Source: Haliotis rubra (Eukaryota). From it: a stretch of DNA of 64,000 nucleotides. This document shows, in pieces, positions 13,419-24,908 of the stretch; the first letter of the stretch is position 1; the number at the start of each line of letters is the position of its first letter. The stretch covers positions 496,001 to 560,000 of the forward strand of contig NW_025766847.1 in assembly GCF_003918875.1 (NCBI RefSeq). Reading direction: 5' to 3'. The notes below the pieces were generated by a model that saw only the letters and a program-made list of their open reading frames with translations, searched no databases and was not told the origin of the DNA. Position numbers and translations under genes: made by a program.

Positions 13419-13660
13419 TTATACCCTGGCTATTGCAATAATCACAAATACAATCTTCCCTTGGAATATTACTGTATCTACCAATTTCGCAGATGTTCGC
13501 ATTTGCGTGATTAATTTCTTATCACTAGCATTTCTAACTAGATCCAAATATAGTTCAAAACCAAAATTTTCTTTTAAAGTTTTGTAAAGAAATAGTTTAC
13601 CATTTGACTCTCTAAGTAAGATCTCCATTTCTGAATATAGATATCAATGAGACGTTGCTT
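13419..13660 (-). mobile_element. Decayed non-LTR retrotransposon ORF2 3' end
   Basis: KLFLYKTLKENFGFELYL...KLITQMRTSA resembles LINE ORF2 C-termini. Confidence 0.45.
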
Positions 13661-14875
13661 AACAACTTTACAAAAAATTATCAACATTTTCAATTGAAAA
13701 TTTAGCACACAATTATATTACTTGATGGCTTTCTTAATGTGTAAGCTGCGGAATCAGCTTTTGATTGTACCTTTTAAGAACTGAGGATTGTATGATTCGG
13801 TTGGTAAGTCGCGAATTGATTGGCCTGCTTGTTAGAATCATGGTAAATTTTCTGTTAATATTGTCCCACCTAACCTGACACACCACAGGAGGCTCCAATT
13901 TGAGCTATCCTTTCATGCAGTTATTTGAAGATAAACCGATTTGAAAGTATTTGTAGGACCTGGATACAGGCTAGATATTATATTGTCAAGATGAGTAATT
14001 CAGATAAATAAAAGTGGTTCTTGTAGTTCTAGCTGTGCAACATTTGCGACAAGCCGAATCACACCTCACCGTTTTAAACACGCTTAAAGGGAACTTTGTG
14101 GACATGTATAGGTGTATCTTATATTATGACAAACGGACATGTTAACAGATAAACAATCGATTGCTTTGTCATTCTTGGTATAAGCAGTTATCTGTGTTTA
14201 ACCTTTGGCTCGTAAAAGTAGACAAACATTGAGACAGTTCTATTTACACGTTTCGGTATGGAGTTTCTTAAACCGCCGTGAAGCAAGACAGAATAATGAA
14301 CATGTTAGCTATACAGAACTACACATGGTAGGTCAAGAATTAACAATTCTAGCAATTGTCATACACACGGGCAATACTGTCGTTCTTGGGACAAAGCAAA
14401 TCTCTGAGATATCTGTACTTAAACCACAATTGTGATGACCACCAGAAATTCAATACAATGGGTTACGTCCTTACACCCTTCCTCACACAATAACGACAAA
14501 TAGACCAGTCCAGAAACCAGTCCAAAACATATACAGTAGACTCAGTAGACTGAATAAACACATTTATCAAACTACTTTCTGGGCTTATGAAGCTGTACTG
14601 TCAAAACGAAAGGAATAAAGTCCTTAATATAGAATTTGATACAACTCTGCTCATGCAAGCAGTACTGTCAAAACAAAAAGTAAAAAGCCTTACATATAGA
14701 GTTAGATACTGTTTCTCAGATAAACTGTACAATGGCAGAGCTTCAGAGAGTAGAGTATATTACTTCTCAGATCGGAGGTCAGCAGGTTCCCTTTGGAGAC
14801 CGTCGCCAAACTGCCACACACTGGAAATTTATCATTTCTAACTTCTAAGGTCGCCTTACCACAGTAGGTGACTAT

Positions 14876-15127
14876 GTGAGAAATGCATCCCCACGCAGTC
14901 ACCCCAAGATTGAAGATGCTGAGAGTCTCCGCTTCGTGAGCAAGTTAAGAAACCGTTCCAGAGAAAAAGTTACCCCCATGCAGCAGATTTACAATGAGGA
15001 GCGGAACGCCCTTGACGACAATGATGCAGCACGTACTTTGAATTACCTGCCGTTCAAGCCATCGAAGAAGTCTTCCCAGACTGTGAGGTTAGAGGCTGCG
15101 TATTTCACTACAGCCAATGTATGCTGA
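14876..15127 (+). mobile_element. Possible MULE/FLYWCH-type transposase remnant
   Basis: SHP...FVSKLRNRSRE...PMQQIYNEE resembles the segment after the FLYWCH finger; frame is broken. Confidence 0.3.
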
Positions 15128-15580
15128 CAAAAGGGCAAACCCTTTGATTTGTTACAGACTACACGAGAGATGCTGGAGTGCAAGCTATAGTTCGTCGTGC
15201 AGCATGTCTTCCTCTCTTGCCCACTGCACAGACTTAAGAACCACTTAGAGAAATTGACTGTCGGCTGCACAGACTTAAGAACCACTTGTTAGAAGGTTGC
15301 CAAACCAAGCTACAGTTCCTATTTATTAGGTGAATAATGATAAACATATAAAAGGTTAAAAAATGTAGTTGATAAAAAGAGAACTGATTTGACATTTGTG
15401 GAGGGGGCAATATCAACAATATATTCACTGTTATACTTACCAACAAAACAAACAATCATCTTGTTTTTGCTGCCATTATATAGATTACAACACTACCGCA
15501 AACTTAATTATGTAGGATGATTAATAACGTAACGTTAACCATTTCCAAACAAACACATCTCATCGTACATTATTGCATTG

Positions 15581-15797
15581 CTGTAACAACATGTTATACA
15601 CCTCCATAATCCACCTGCCAATCCAACAGTTTCCGGTCCGGCACTCTCAGTGAGAGGGGACGATGAGATTAGGTCAAAGAGGCAGGATTAACCAAGATAA
15701 TCCTTGCCAATCTCATTTATGGGAGAACTTGCCACTACTCTGACAGACTACTCCATGCCTCAGTGTCACACAGGCAGGTATAAAGAAGCAGAATATC
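15581..15797 (+). promoter_or_regulatory. Family promoter cassette, copy 4
   Basis: Same blocks; GGATTA-N7-TAATCC 15685-15703; TATAAAG 15779; TCATT Inr-like motif about 30 nt downstream. Confidence 0.65.
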
Positions 15798-15885
15798 TCA
15801 TGTGTGCCGTTCATTATCTCAACTCAAGCAAGCTGCGAGTCAAAAAGTCACCTGTTGAAATTAAAGCCGAAACAAATTTGAAACC

Positions 15886-16554
15886 ATGGCAACTTCCATC
15901 TCTCCTGGCCAGATCTGTTCACCATCTAGCACTAAACTGTCGTCTGCTCCCTCATGGAAGGACGACCCAGTGTCTGCCTCTTTTCAACTTTTCAGCCTTA
16001 TCGAAATGCAGGATAGATTCCTGGAACAAGTCCAGGCCATAGGTATGTTCCTATATTAATCTAAAGTAACTCTCTAAAATCAAATTCTTTGGTTAAATAG
16101 GTCAAAATTGTGTAACCAACCATGATAATAGCATAAGATATATACAAAAGTGATGCATGGGTACAGGTGATTTGACTAACTGATTGGTCTGTTAGACAAA
16201 TCGCTGTCTTCACTTATACACCAAGTACTAATAAATATCTGTTGTATTTCAGATGCCTACATCCTGGAACTGTCCGAGAAGATCGTGAGAGATGCAGCCA
16301 ATGGCGGCCATGTTGGACATGGGTTACTTCTGCTCAACAGGAAGTGTGTAGCTGAAGGTGTCCGTCAGGTGTACCTACGACTGGCCACACACAAGTGGAA
16401 ACAAGTCAGGCAGTGCTACAACTTGATCAGACAAAACTTCGAGAACCAGGACCATCTTTCAGCAGCTGATCTGGACGAGTCACATGACCATGAAGTCACC
16501 CAGATTGCTCGTGGACTTAGTATGGAGTGTTGTGCGTTCCAGCGATCATGCTAA
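15886..16554 (+). CDS. Unrecognised gene family, copy 4 (exons 15886-16042, 16253-16554; 152 aa)
   Basis: ACCATGG start, conserved splice sites, intact frame, TATA at 15779. Confidence 0.85.
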
Positions 16555-17114
16555 CAGTATCTGACTGACTGAGTTGGTGAAAACTACATCAAGCTGAAGC
16601 TGCATCTTTATTCAGCAGTATATAATAGTAAATACTGTACCACGCTTGGAGTGTTGTTCGTTCCAGCGATCATGCTAGCAGTATGTAAAATACTCATGGG
16701 ATGACTTGATGTTGAAGATATACGCCTTCACCGATGGGCATCTGGTGCTCATTGTAAATATTCTTTGAAACTCATGGATGGAATCTTGTGAGTTTCAATG
16801 ACCAAGCCAGCTGGACAAAATACTCTTTAACGTATGTTGATGAGTCTGTTTTCACTGACTGAAATCTAGTGCTTGTTATAAACATTGTTAATACCCGGTG
16901 ATGTCATAGCATCATAACACATTATTTATGTATCTTTAATAAACTGTTTAACAGCCAGTGTGTTGTTGTTGGTTTGTAACACCACACATTATATTGCCAA
17001 CCATTATTGATAAACCGGGGCTGTACCAAATTTATTAGTTTCAAGTTCTTGGAGCTTGAAATCGAATCAAAACATTTCAGGATTAACAGGTGCAGCATAA
17101 TTTCATTCTGTACA

Positions 17115-17985
17115 TATACATGTTGAAATATATTCAGCAACACCCGTATTTTCTCAGACTGAACAACTTTAATAAACTGGTGCAAAACATGTGTCAAGGT
17201 TTCCATACCATATGAATTTTGAAGTGAAAATAAAGAGTTGAGGAGAAACATAGCCAAGATTAGCACGACATAATCTGTTTTATTTGAAGATCAGACAAAA
17301 TCTGAATGGAAAACAGCACATCACTGACATCCTACACTGGGTTGTTGTTCCACATTTCCATGACCATCCTCTGAACACAAAGCCAGTCCTAGTGGACGAC
17401 AATGCTAAGCCAAATTGTGCATATGTCATTGGTGAGTTCTACGTTAAGAGGCAGCAGCGAACCTATAAAACTCCCATAGAGCATTATGGGTTGCAGAATA
17501 TGCCAAAGAGATTTTCCAGTACAAAAGACTGATGTATTGGAACTCCATCAAGAATGGAATGCAATATCACAATGATAATATTATTTAATGTCTGAACACA
17601 GTCAATGCGGAGGTTTGAATCTTTAACACTGAGGAGAGTCAATGACGTTATTGCATTGGGCAGAGGTTACAACAGACATTGCTCTCGGTTATTGATACTT
17701 ATGGGATTTCTGCAGGATTGTGTGCCAGAAACTTGAAAATGAACGCACTTATTAACACTATACAACCATAGTTATCAGTGCTACAAAATGTGTCAATGTT
17801 TTGCAGCGTTCACGAATAACTAGTTTTTTCATTCTTTAAGCATTTTCATTGCCATTTATTTACTCTTTGACAATCAGATGATCCAGATAGCAAGTTAAAA
17901 AAGGATAAGTTCCTGGGCTAAGTTAAGGTAAAATATTGATACTATGAAAAATAAGGGTGTTGCAATACTTTTTCCATGTGTATAT
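17115..17985 (+). mobile_element. Tc1/mariner deletion derivative (copies at about 30665-31535 and partial 21096-21372)
   Basis: VVPHFHDHPLNTKPVLVDDNAKP...PIEH transposase remnant; imperfect TIR core GCAACACCC / GGGTGTTGC with TA ends. Confidence 0.6.
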
Positions 17986-18089
17986 ATTAGAGATTTAGAG
18001 AAATGCTCTCTACTTTGAAAAATAAGGAACACCTTTTGGTAACAATATGTTTTATATAACATGATTAAAACAAGGGTAAATGTTGACCA

Positions 18090-18233
18090 TCAGTCTGTCT
18101 TCACTTTGTCCTGAAACAATGGGAGAGCAAGTCGGGCCCACTGGTCGTGCCATCTCACTGACTGAAACGACTTCACATTGTTTCGCAGTTTCTTCAATTC
18201 TGACTGGTTGTCTGGAAATCCCTTCAGGAGATC
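18090..18233 (-). pseudogene. ALG1: Duplicated, intact ALG1 last coding exon ([10 protein letters not shown]...QDKVKTD*) with its acceptor
   Basis: Reads the same as 31640-31783 (offset 13550), inside the segmental duplication. Confidence 0.88.
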
Positions 18234-18461
18234 CTGTGAAGACAAGCATTGATTTTTGAGTTTTCACACATTTGATACCTGTAATTCTATTCTTGACACC
18301 ATGCTTGAACACTGAAGAAGCAGGTTTATAGTGAGAATGACTGTTCTTTTACACATGTGAGATATGAAGAAAGATCTTAATGGGACAAATAACTGATCTC
18401 TTATAATGATTTGCACACTCACTTGTCTCTACAGTTTAGTTAAGGGGTATTCTTTTCTATT

Positions 18462-19170
18462 TGACTCTCTAAGTCAGATCTCCAGTTCTAAACATAGATA
18501 TCAATGAGACGTTGCTTAACAACTTTACAAAAAATTATCAACATTTACAATTGAAAATTTAGCACACAGTCATATTACTTGATGGCTTTCTTAATGTGTA
18601 AGCCGGGGAATCAGCTTTTGATTGTACCTTTTAAGAATTGAGGATTGTATGATTCGGTTGGTTAGTCGCGAATTGATTGGCCTGCTTGTTAGAATCATGG
18701 TAAATTTTCTGTTAATATTGTCCCACCTAAGCTGACACACCACAGGAGGCTCCAATTTGACCTATCCTATCATGCAGCTATTTGAAGCTAAACCGATTTG
18801 AAAGTATTTGTAGGACCTGGATACAGGCTAGATATTATATTGTCAAGATGAGTAATTCAGATAAATAAAAGTGGTTGTGTCTTGGACGCGCGAGGAGGGT
18901 ACAGAAGATATTGAATGGCCGAGTGCTCCATGATTGACATTTTCATTTTGGGGGTTGCTCTATACAACTGATGTTTGCTAATGCTGTTTGAGCTTTTTGT
19001 CTGTATGCCACGATGTGTCACGTTTGTTAACACATTAAACATTAGGAAGACACTCTTAGTTCATTTCTGAGAAACTTTTCTTTACCTGTGAAAATCACAT
19101 CAGTGCAAAATCAGAAGTATGGTTGATACATAAATCTCAACAGATACAAGGATATGTGTATAATGAAATG
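18462..19170 (+). repeat. Duplicated junction pieces: about 18462-18875 matches 13603-14017, about 18881-19170 matches 28045-28334
   Basis: Direct sequence matches, fused end to end. Confidence 0.85.
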
Positions 19171-20040
19171 TATGCAACTACCCATACGTTGACCACGTGG
19201 GTAATAAGTTCCTTTATTACCCACGTGGTCAACGTATGGGTAGTTGCATATTATTCTCGTACGTCACACGAGTGTCGTATAAAGTTCCTTTATTACCCAC
19301 GTGGTCAACGTATGGGTAGTTGCATATTAATCTCGTACGTCACACGAGTGTCGTATCGCGTTGACCTGTGTCGTAACGACTTGACCTGAGATTCTAACGA
19401 TCTGATTGGATAACCGATGACCTCACAGTTAGGTCACATTCTGACGTAACTATTTTTTTCATTCTTAACAAACACGTGAATTCATTCATTCTACAACTTA
19501 AATGCATTGTGGGAATGTAAACATTGCGAACGTTGCCGTGTCGCTGTTTAATTGTGAGTCGAACTGAGACATTATATCTGTCGAAAAACATAAACGCAAT
19601 GTTTCCACCAGTGATGTTAGCCGAATGAAGCAACTGGAAACCAAGAAACGAGGTGCAACGGAGTAGTCTACTGTAGGAGGCTGTACGAGGCGATGACAAC
19701 TGACATGCATCGTGACGTCGGTTACCATGGCAGTGACGTCATTAGTGTGACGTCATGCAAATATTGTACTACAGTACAAAACTCTTCCGCAACCTCTTTA
19801 TGAAACCGGTTTCGGTTTGAAACCAAAAACATAACAAAAATACGCTATTTTGTCAATTTAAATGCATGTAAGACGTGGGTAATAAATAAAATACACACTC
19901 GGTCTCATTACATACGAATTATACGAAACTCGTGACCTTCCTATGTTATCTGACCTCGCTTTCGCTCGGTCAGATACCATAGGAAGGACACTCGTTTCGT
20001 ATAATTCGTATGTAATGAGACCTCGTGTAGTATTCTCTAT
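19171..20040. mobile_element. Non-coding element with terminal hairpins (tentatively Crypton-like, non-autonomous)
   Basis: Perfect 37-bp hairpin 19171-19250, subterminal IR TTTATTACCCACGT / ACGTGGGTAATAAA, ~65-bp hairpin 19895-20028, ends TATTCTCTAT; CpG-rich relative to flanks. Family assignment is from memory only. Confidence 0.5.
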
Positions 20041-20240
20041 ATATTAATCTGCAGTAACTCTCTAAAATCAAATTCTTTGGTTAAATAGGTCAGAATTGTG
20101 TAACCAACCATGATAATAGCATAAGATATATACAAAAGTGATGCATGGGTACAGGCTATATGGCTAACTGATTGGTCTGTTAGACAAATCGCTGTCTTCA
20201 CTTATACACCAAGTACTAATAAATATCTGTTGTATTTCAG

Positions 20241-20542
20241 ATGCCTACATCCTGGAACTGTCCGAGAAGATCGTGAGAGATGCAGCCAATGGCGGCCATG
20301 TTGGACATGGGTTACTTCTGCTCAACAGGAAGTGTGTAGCTGAAGGTGTCCGTCAGGTGTACATACGACTGGCCACACACAAGTGGAAACAAGTCAGGCA
20401 GTGCTACAACTTGATCAGACAAAACTTCGAAAACCAGGACCATCTTTCAGCAGCTGATCTGGACGAGTCACATGACCATGAAGTCACCCAGATTGCTCGT
20501 GGACTTAGTATGGAGTGTTGTGCGTTCCAGCGATCATGCTAA
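20241..20542 (+). pseudogene. Unrecognised gene family, copy 5: exon 2 and most of the intron only; promoter and exon 1 replaced by a hairpin-bearing insertion
   Basis: 20041-21372 is nearly identical to about 16053-17390. Upstream lies the 19171-20040 element instead of exon 1. Confidence 0.75.
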
Positions 20543-21876
20543 CAGTATCTGACTGACTGAGTTGGTGAAAACTACATCAAGCTGAAGCTGCATCTTTATT
20601 CAGCAGTATATAATAGTAAATACTGTACCACGCTTGGAGTGTTGTTCGTTCCAGCGATCATGCTAGCAGTATGTAAAATACTCATGGGATGACTTGATGT
20701 TGAAGATATACGCCTTCACCGATGGGCATCTGGTGTTCATTGTAAATATTCTTTGAAACTCATGGATGGAATCTTGTGAGTTTCAATGACCAAGCCAGCT
20801 GGACAAAATACTCTTTAACGTATGTTGATGAGTCTGTTTTCACTGACTGAAATCTAGTGCTTGTTATAAACATTGTTAATGATGTCATAGCATCATAACA
20901 CATTATTTATGTATCTTTAATAAACTGTTTAACAACCAGTGTGTTGTTGTTGGTTTGTAACACCACACATTATATTGCCAACCATTATTGATAAACCGGG
21001 GCTGTACCAAATTTATTAGTTTCAAGTTCTTGGAACTTGAAATCGAATCAAAACATTTCAGGATTAACAGGTGCAGCATAATTTCATTCTGTACATATAC
21101 ATGTTGAAATATATTCAGCAACACCCTAATTTCTCAGACTGAACAACTTTAATAAACTGGTGCAAAACATGTGTCAAGGTTTCCATACCATATGAATTTT
21201 GAAGTGAAAATAAAGAGTTGAGGAGAAACATGGCCAAGATTAGCACGACATAATCTGTTTTATTTGAAGATCAGACAAAATCTGAATGGAAAACAGCACA
21301 TCACTGACATCCTACACTGGGTTGTTGTTCCACATTTCCATGACCATCCTCTGAACACAAAGCCAGTCCTAGATGTGTAAAAAAGCCTAAAAATGCGCGA
21401 CTACGCGACAATGCGACAACGCGACATATTGGATATGTCGCATTGTCGCCCTCTTCGATTACCGATGCCCATGCGTAGAAAGTCAATTACACTACGCATG
21501 TGCAGGAAAAGTTATACTCTATTTCACACCTCACTGGTCTTTTGTTACCTCCAATGGTTTTTGAAATGAAGTAGTACTCGTAATGGCAATGGGGGCTGTT
21601 TTTCTTGAACTTAATGCAAATCTTTCATTGTTGCTTTGAAAATTATTTTATATATTGTAAATGTATTTAGCCAATCAAGTGTGTTTTAGCAGCAAGACAA
21701 ATTATTAGCGCTACTATTCATTGTAATGACGGCACACGGTGGCCCTGTCATTTAAGGCGGGGCAATTTGCTGTGCAGAGTTGTGTCTCTTAGTCACACCA
21801 GAAAACTAGAAAACTATGATCATAGGTTCGAATCCCAGCACCATACACATTCATCACTTTGCACATTTCACCAATA

Positions 21877-22460
21877 TCAAATCAAATCAAATCAAATTAG
21901 ACACTTGTATAGCGCTACATATCAGAGTATAGCGCTACATATCCAGAGTCCTGCTCATGTGCGCTTAGTCGAATGCTCGTTTGAAGAAGTTGGTTTGGAG
22001 ACAAGATCGGAAAATGTTGATATTTTCCGATTTTCTGACATTTTCAGGTAATCCATTCCAGAGTACAGCACCCGCTCTGCTAAATATTCTGTCCCCGTAT
22101 GTTGTGGTTCGGACAGATTGAACATCTAAGCTTTGCTGACTAGCTGATCTGAGTGACCTTCCAGGCTTCTGAAGGTTGACTAGTTCCAGGAGATAGAATG
22201 GAGTAAGACCATTAGTGGACTTGTAAACAAACACAAGAAGTTTGAATACAACTGTCTTTTACAGGGAGCCAGTGTAAGTCCTTCAGGACTGGTGTTATGT
22301 GCACATACATATGTGTGCGTGTTATGAGCCTGGCAGCTGTTTTGAACACGCTGTAACTTGTCCATGTACTTCTGCTGTATTCCATGGAGTAGACTGCTGC
22401 AGTAGTCTAGGCGTGATGTCACAAATGCATGGGTTAGGCATTTTACAGATTTACACATAT
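21877..22460 (-). mobile_element. L2/CR1-group LINE 3' fragment
   Basis: HAFVTSRLDYCSSLL...KLQRVQN; YGDRIFSRAGAVLWNGLP; (TTTGA)n tail; frameshifted. Confidence 0.8.
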
Positions 22461-22813
22461 CAAGCTGACAGGTTGTGAAAAAACTGAAATATTGTTAAAA
22501 TTCAGGCCACATCGGCAGAAACATCAGGTGATGTCCTCGAATGGGTCACTATGTTCGACAGTTTGGCTCCTGACAGAGTTTCTTGGTACAGTCCTGTCCG
22601 ACGCTGATGAATTTGTCCGACATCTGCCTCTGTTCAGCCAGCAGTGGATGGATACCAGGTAGAATGAGATGGTAATATCGCTTAACCATCCAGCACCTCA
22701 AAGACAGTTTAGGTCGACTTTACGCCATACTAATGGACTGTTATCATTATGATATTAAAAACGATGAAATCGCTTGGCAGAGTTGCGTACTCTTGGAGTA
22801 CCCGAAACCAACC

Positions 22814-22901
22814 CTCCCTCCCTCCCTCAGCTCAGCTCAGCTCAGCTCTGCTTCTCTCCACTCCGCTCCACTCACTGCACTCCACTCTACTCCACTCCAC
22901 T
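22814..22901 (+). repeat. Compound microsatellite (CCCT)n(CAGCT)n(CTCCA)n
   Basis: Seen directly. Confidence 0.8.
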
Positions 22902-24908
22902 CAAGGTTATAGGGAGTTTGGTAAATTAGCAAGGTATTTCATTACAATAATGTGTTGTGATGTATGTTTTTCAATTCTATTTGAATCCTATATAATTAAT
23001 CCCGGACATGCCATGATTCACAATATATCGATAATTTTCTCATACGATACTATACCCAGCGATAAACATGTACTTGTATCGTTTCAAACATACACCTACT
23101 AAATCATAATACTTTTCAGCAAAATGGCCAGTTTGAATACATCCATTCTATTAACCAAGGACTCTTAACCCACAGACTTCACGGCCACATGTACGTTCAT
23201 TTATTATTGTTCGATCCCTGGGTATCTCAGCCCTTTAAAAACATCGAAAACTAATTATTCTCATCAAAATGTCGCGTTGTCGCATTGTTGCGTGTCGCAT
23301 TTTATTAGTTACGGCGGAATTTACAAACTATCACAAGGATGATTATATTTCGATGTTTTTAAAGGGCTGAGATACCCAGGGATCGAACTCAGAGCAATAA
23401 TAAATGAACGTACGTGGCCGTGAAGTCTGTGGGTTAAGTGTTAATAAATAAAATAATTTTCAAAGCAACAATGAAAGATTTGCATTAAGTTCAAGAAAAG
23501 CAGCCCCCATTGCCATTACGAGCACTTCTTCATTTTAAAAACCATTGGAGGTAACAAAAGACCAGTGAAGTCTGAAATAGAGTATAACATTATCTGCGCA
23601 TGCGTAGACTAATTGACTTTCTACACATGCGCACCGGTAATCGAAAAGGGCGACAACGCGACAATGCGACATATTCAAAATGTCGCGTTGTCGCGTGTCG
23701 TGTTTTAGTCAATATGTTATAATACATACTATACTCAATATTTTAAGAAAGCACGACACGCGACAATGCGACAACGCGAGATTTTGATGAAATGTCGCGT
23801 TGTCGCATTGTTGCGTGTCGCGTTTTAGTCAATTTTTAGGGGGTTTTTTAACACATGTTAGATAGGGCGACAATGCGACAACGCAATATATTTGTCGCCA
23901 TGTCGCATTGTCGCCCTTTGGAGGAATAGAAAAATATTATTCAAAACGCGACATGCGACATCGCGACAATGGAACAGATGGCCGAAATGTCGCGTTGTCG
24001 CATTGTCGCGCTTTGGTTAATTTTGCTTCATTTTGCTTGTATTTGAGAAGGCGACAACGTGACAATGCGACAACGCGACAATGTCCCTTACAAGATTCCA
24101 TAACTAGTAGTGAACCCAAGCTCACTACTCTCCCCAATACTCCCCATGTACTTAGTTAGCGGTACCTAGTTAGCCTTACTTTCAAAACAATGCTATTATA
24201 TCAGGCTTCTCACCAAATTCAAGGTCGAACTATTTCTTAAATCAAATACTCCATCCATTTACGTTAACATAACTATGAAATCAAGATTTTACATCAAACT
24301 CAGCATTTTTATCAAAGTGAATATTCTTTTTTATAGGAAACCAAATTATTCATCAAAGTCGACATAAGTTTACAACAAAATCAACATAAGATGGAAATAT
24401 TATCGAGTAAAAAAGATTTCATCTTTGTTGATCAGTCTATACTCATACTATCAATTGCGCATGAGGGTGGCGCAGCAGAGGTAACGAACCAGTCATGAAT
24501 TCTGGGATATCATCCGGGTACTCACGGGAGAAAAACAATAACAAAAGCAACAACCAGTCCACGGAAATTGCTCTGGATCAGTGCCCCTTTAAGAAGCAGT
24601 TGCACCAAAACATCCAGTCTGTAAACAGAGAAGTTGTCATTCTTGGTTTTGCTTACTATATTAACAAACCAAGCTAGTATTGATTAATGTAATCAGTATG
24701 CGAGCATATTGTTGGTTTGCCACACCAATGGTGAGTATATTCATGCATTAATGCGTTCTCGTTTGATTGGCATTTTAGAAGTTGATGAATAACAAGAAAG
24801 ATACTTTATGGATAACAACTTCTTTATTATATTATGATGCGACGTTTTGGTATAGATTCTTATACCGTTGTCAGTCAAGAGTGAACACAAAACGTCGCAT
24901 CATAACAT

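Larger units (their letters stand above)
15321..18452 (+). repeat. Segmental duplication unit (family gene + Tc1 remnant + ALG1 last exon), near-identical to about 28864-32002
   Basis: Line-by-line comparison shows only scattered substitutions; matching ORFs in the track (15704/29247, 16922/30471, 17284/30833, 18052/31602). Confidence 0.92.
21373..24090. mobile_element. Foldback/MITE complex built from TGCGACAACGCGACA motifs with nested long inverted repeats
   Basis: 21373-21650 is inverted at about 23447-23856; 23165-23250 is inverted at about 23348-23438; motif arrays occur in both orientations. Confidence 0.7.

Noticed and set aside
15756-15776. Iron-responsive element (TGCCT-CAGTGT...AGGCA)
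   Set aside because: The CAGUGN loop is not closed directly by the complementary arm (5 extra nt), the bulged C is missing, and it lies upstream of the TATA box.
16922-17266. Repeated minus-strand ORF MLILAMFLLNSL... (also 20903, 30471)
   Set aside because: Spans a Tc1 end and AT-rich flank, recurs only through segmental duplication, and has no recognisable motif.
18052-18312. [15 protein letters not shown]... (also 31602-31862) as a separate gene
   Set aside because: Off-frame reading over the ALG1 terminal exon and its intron.
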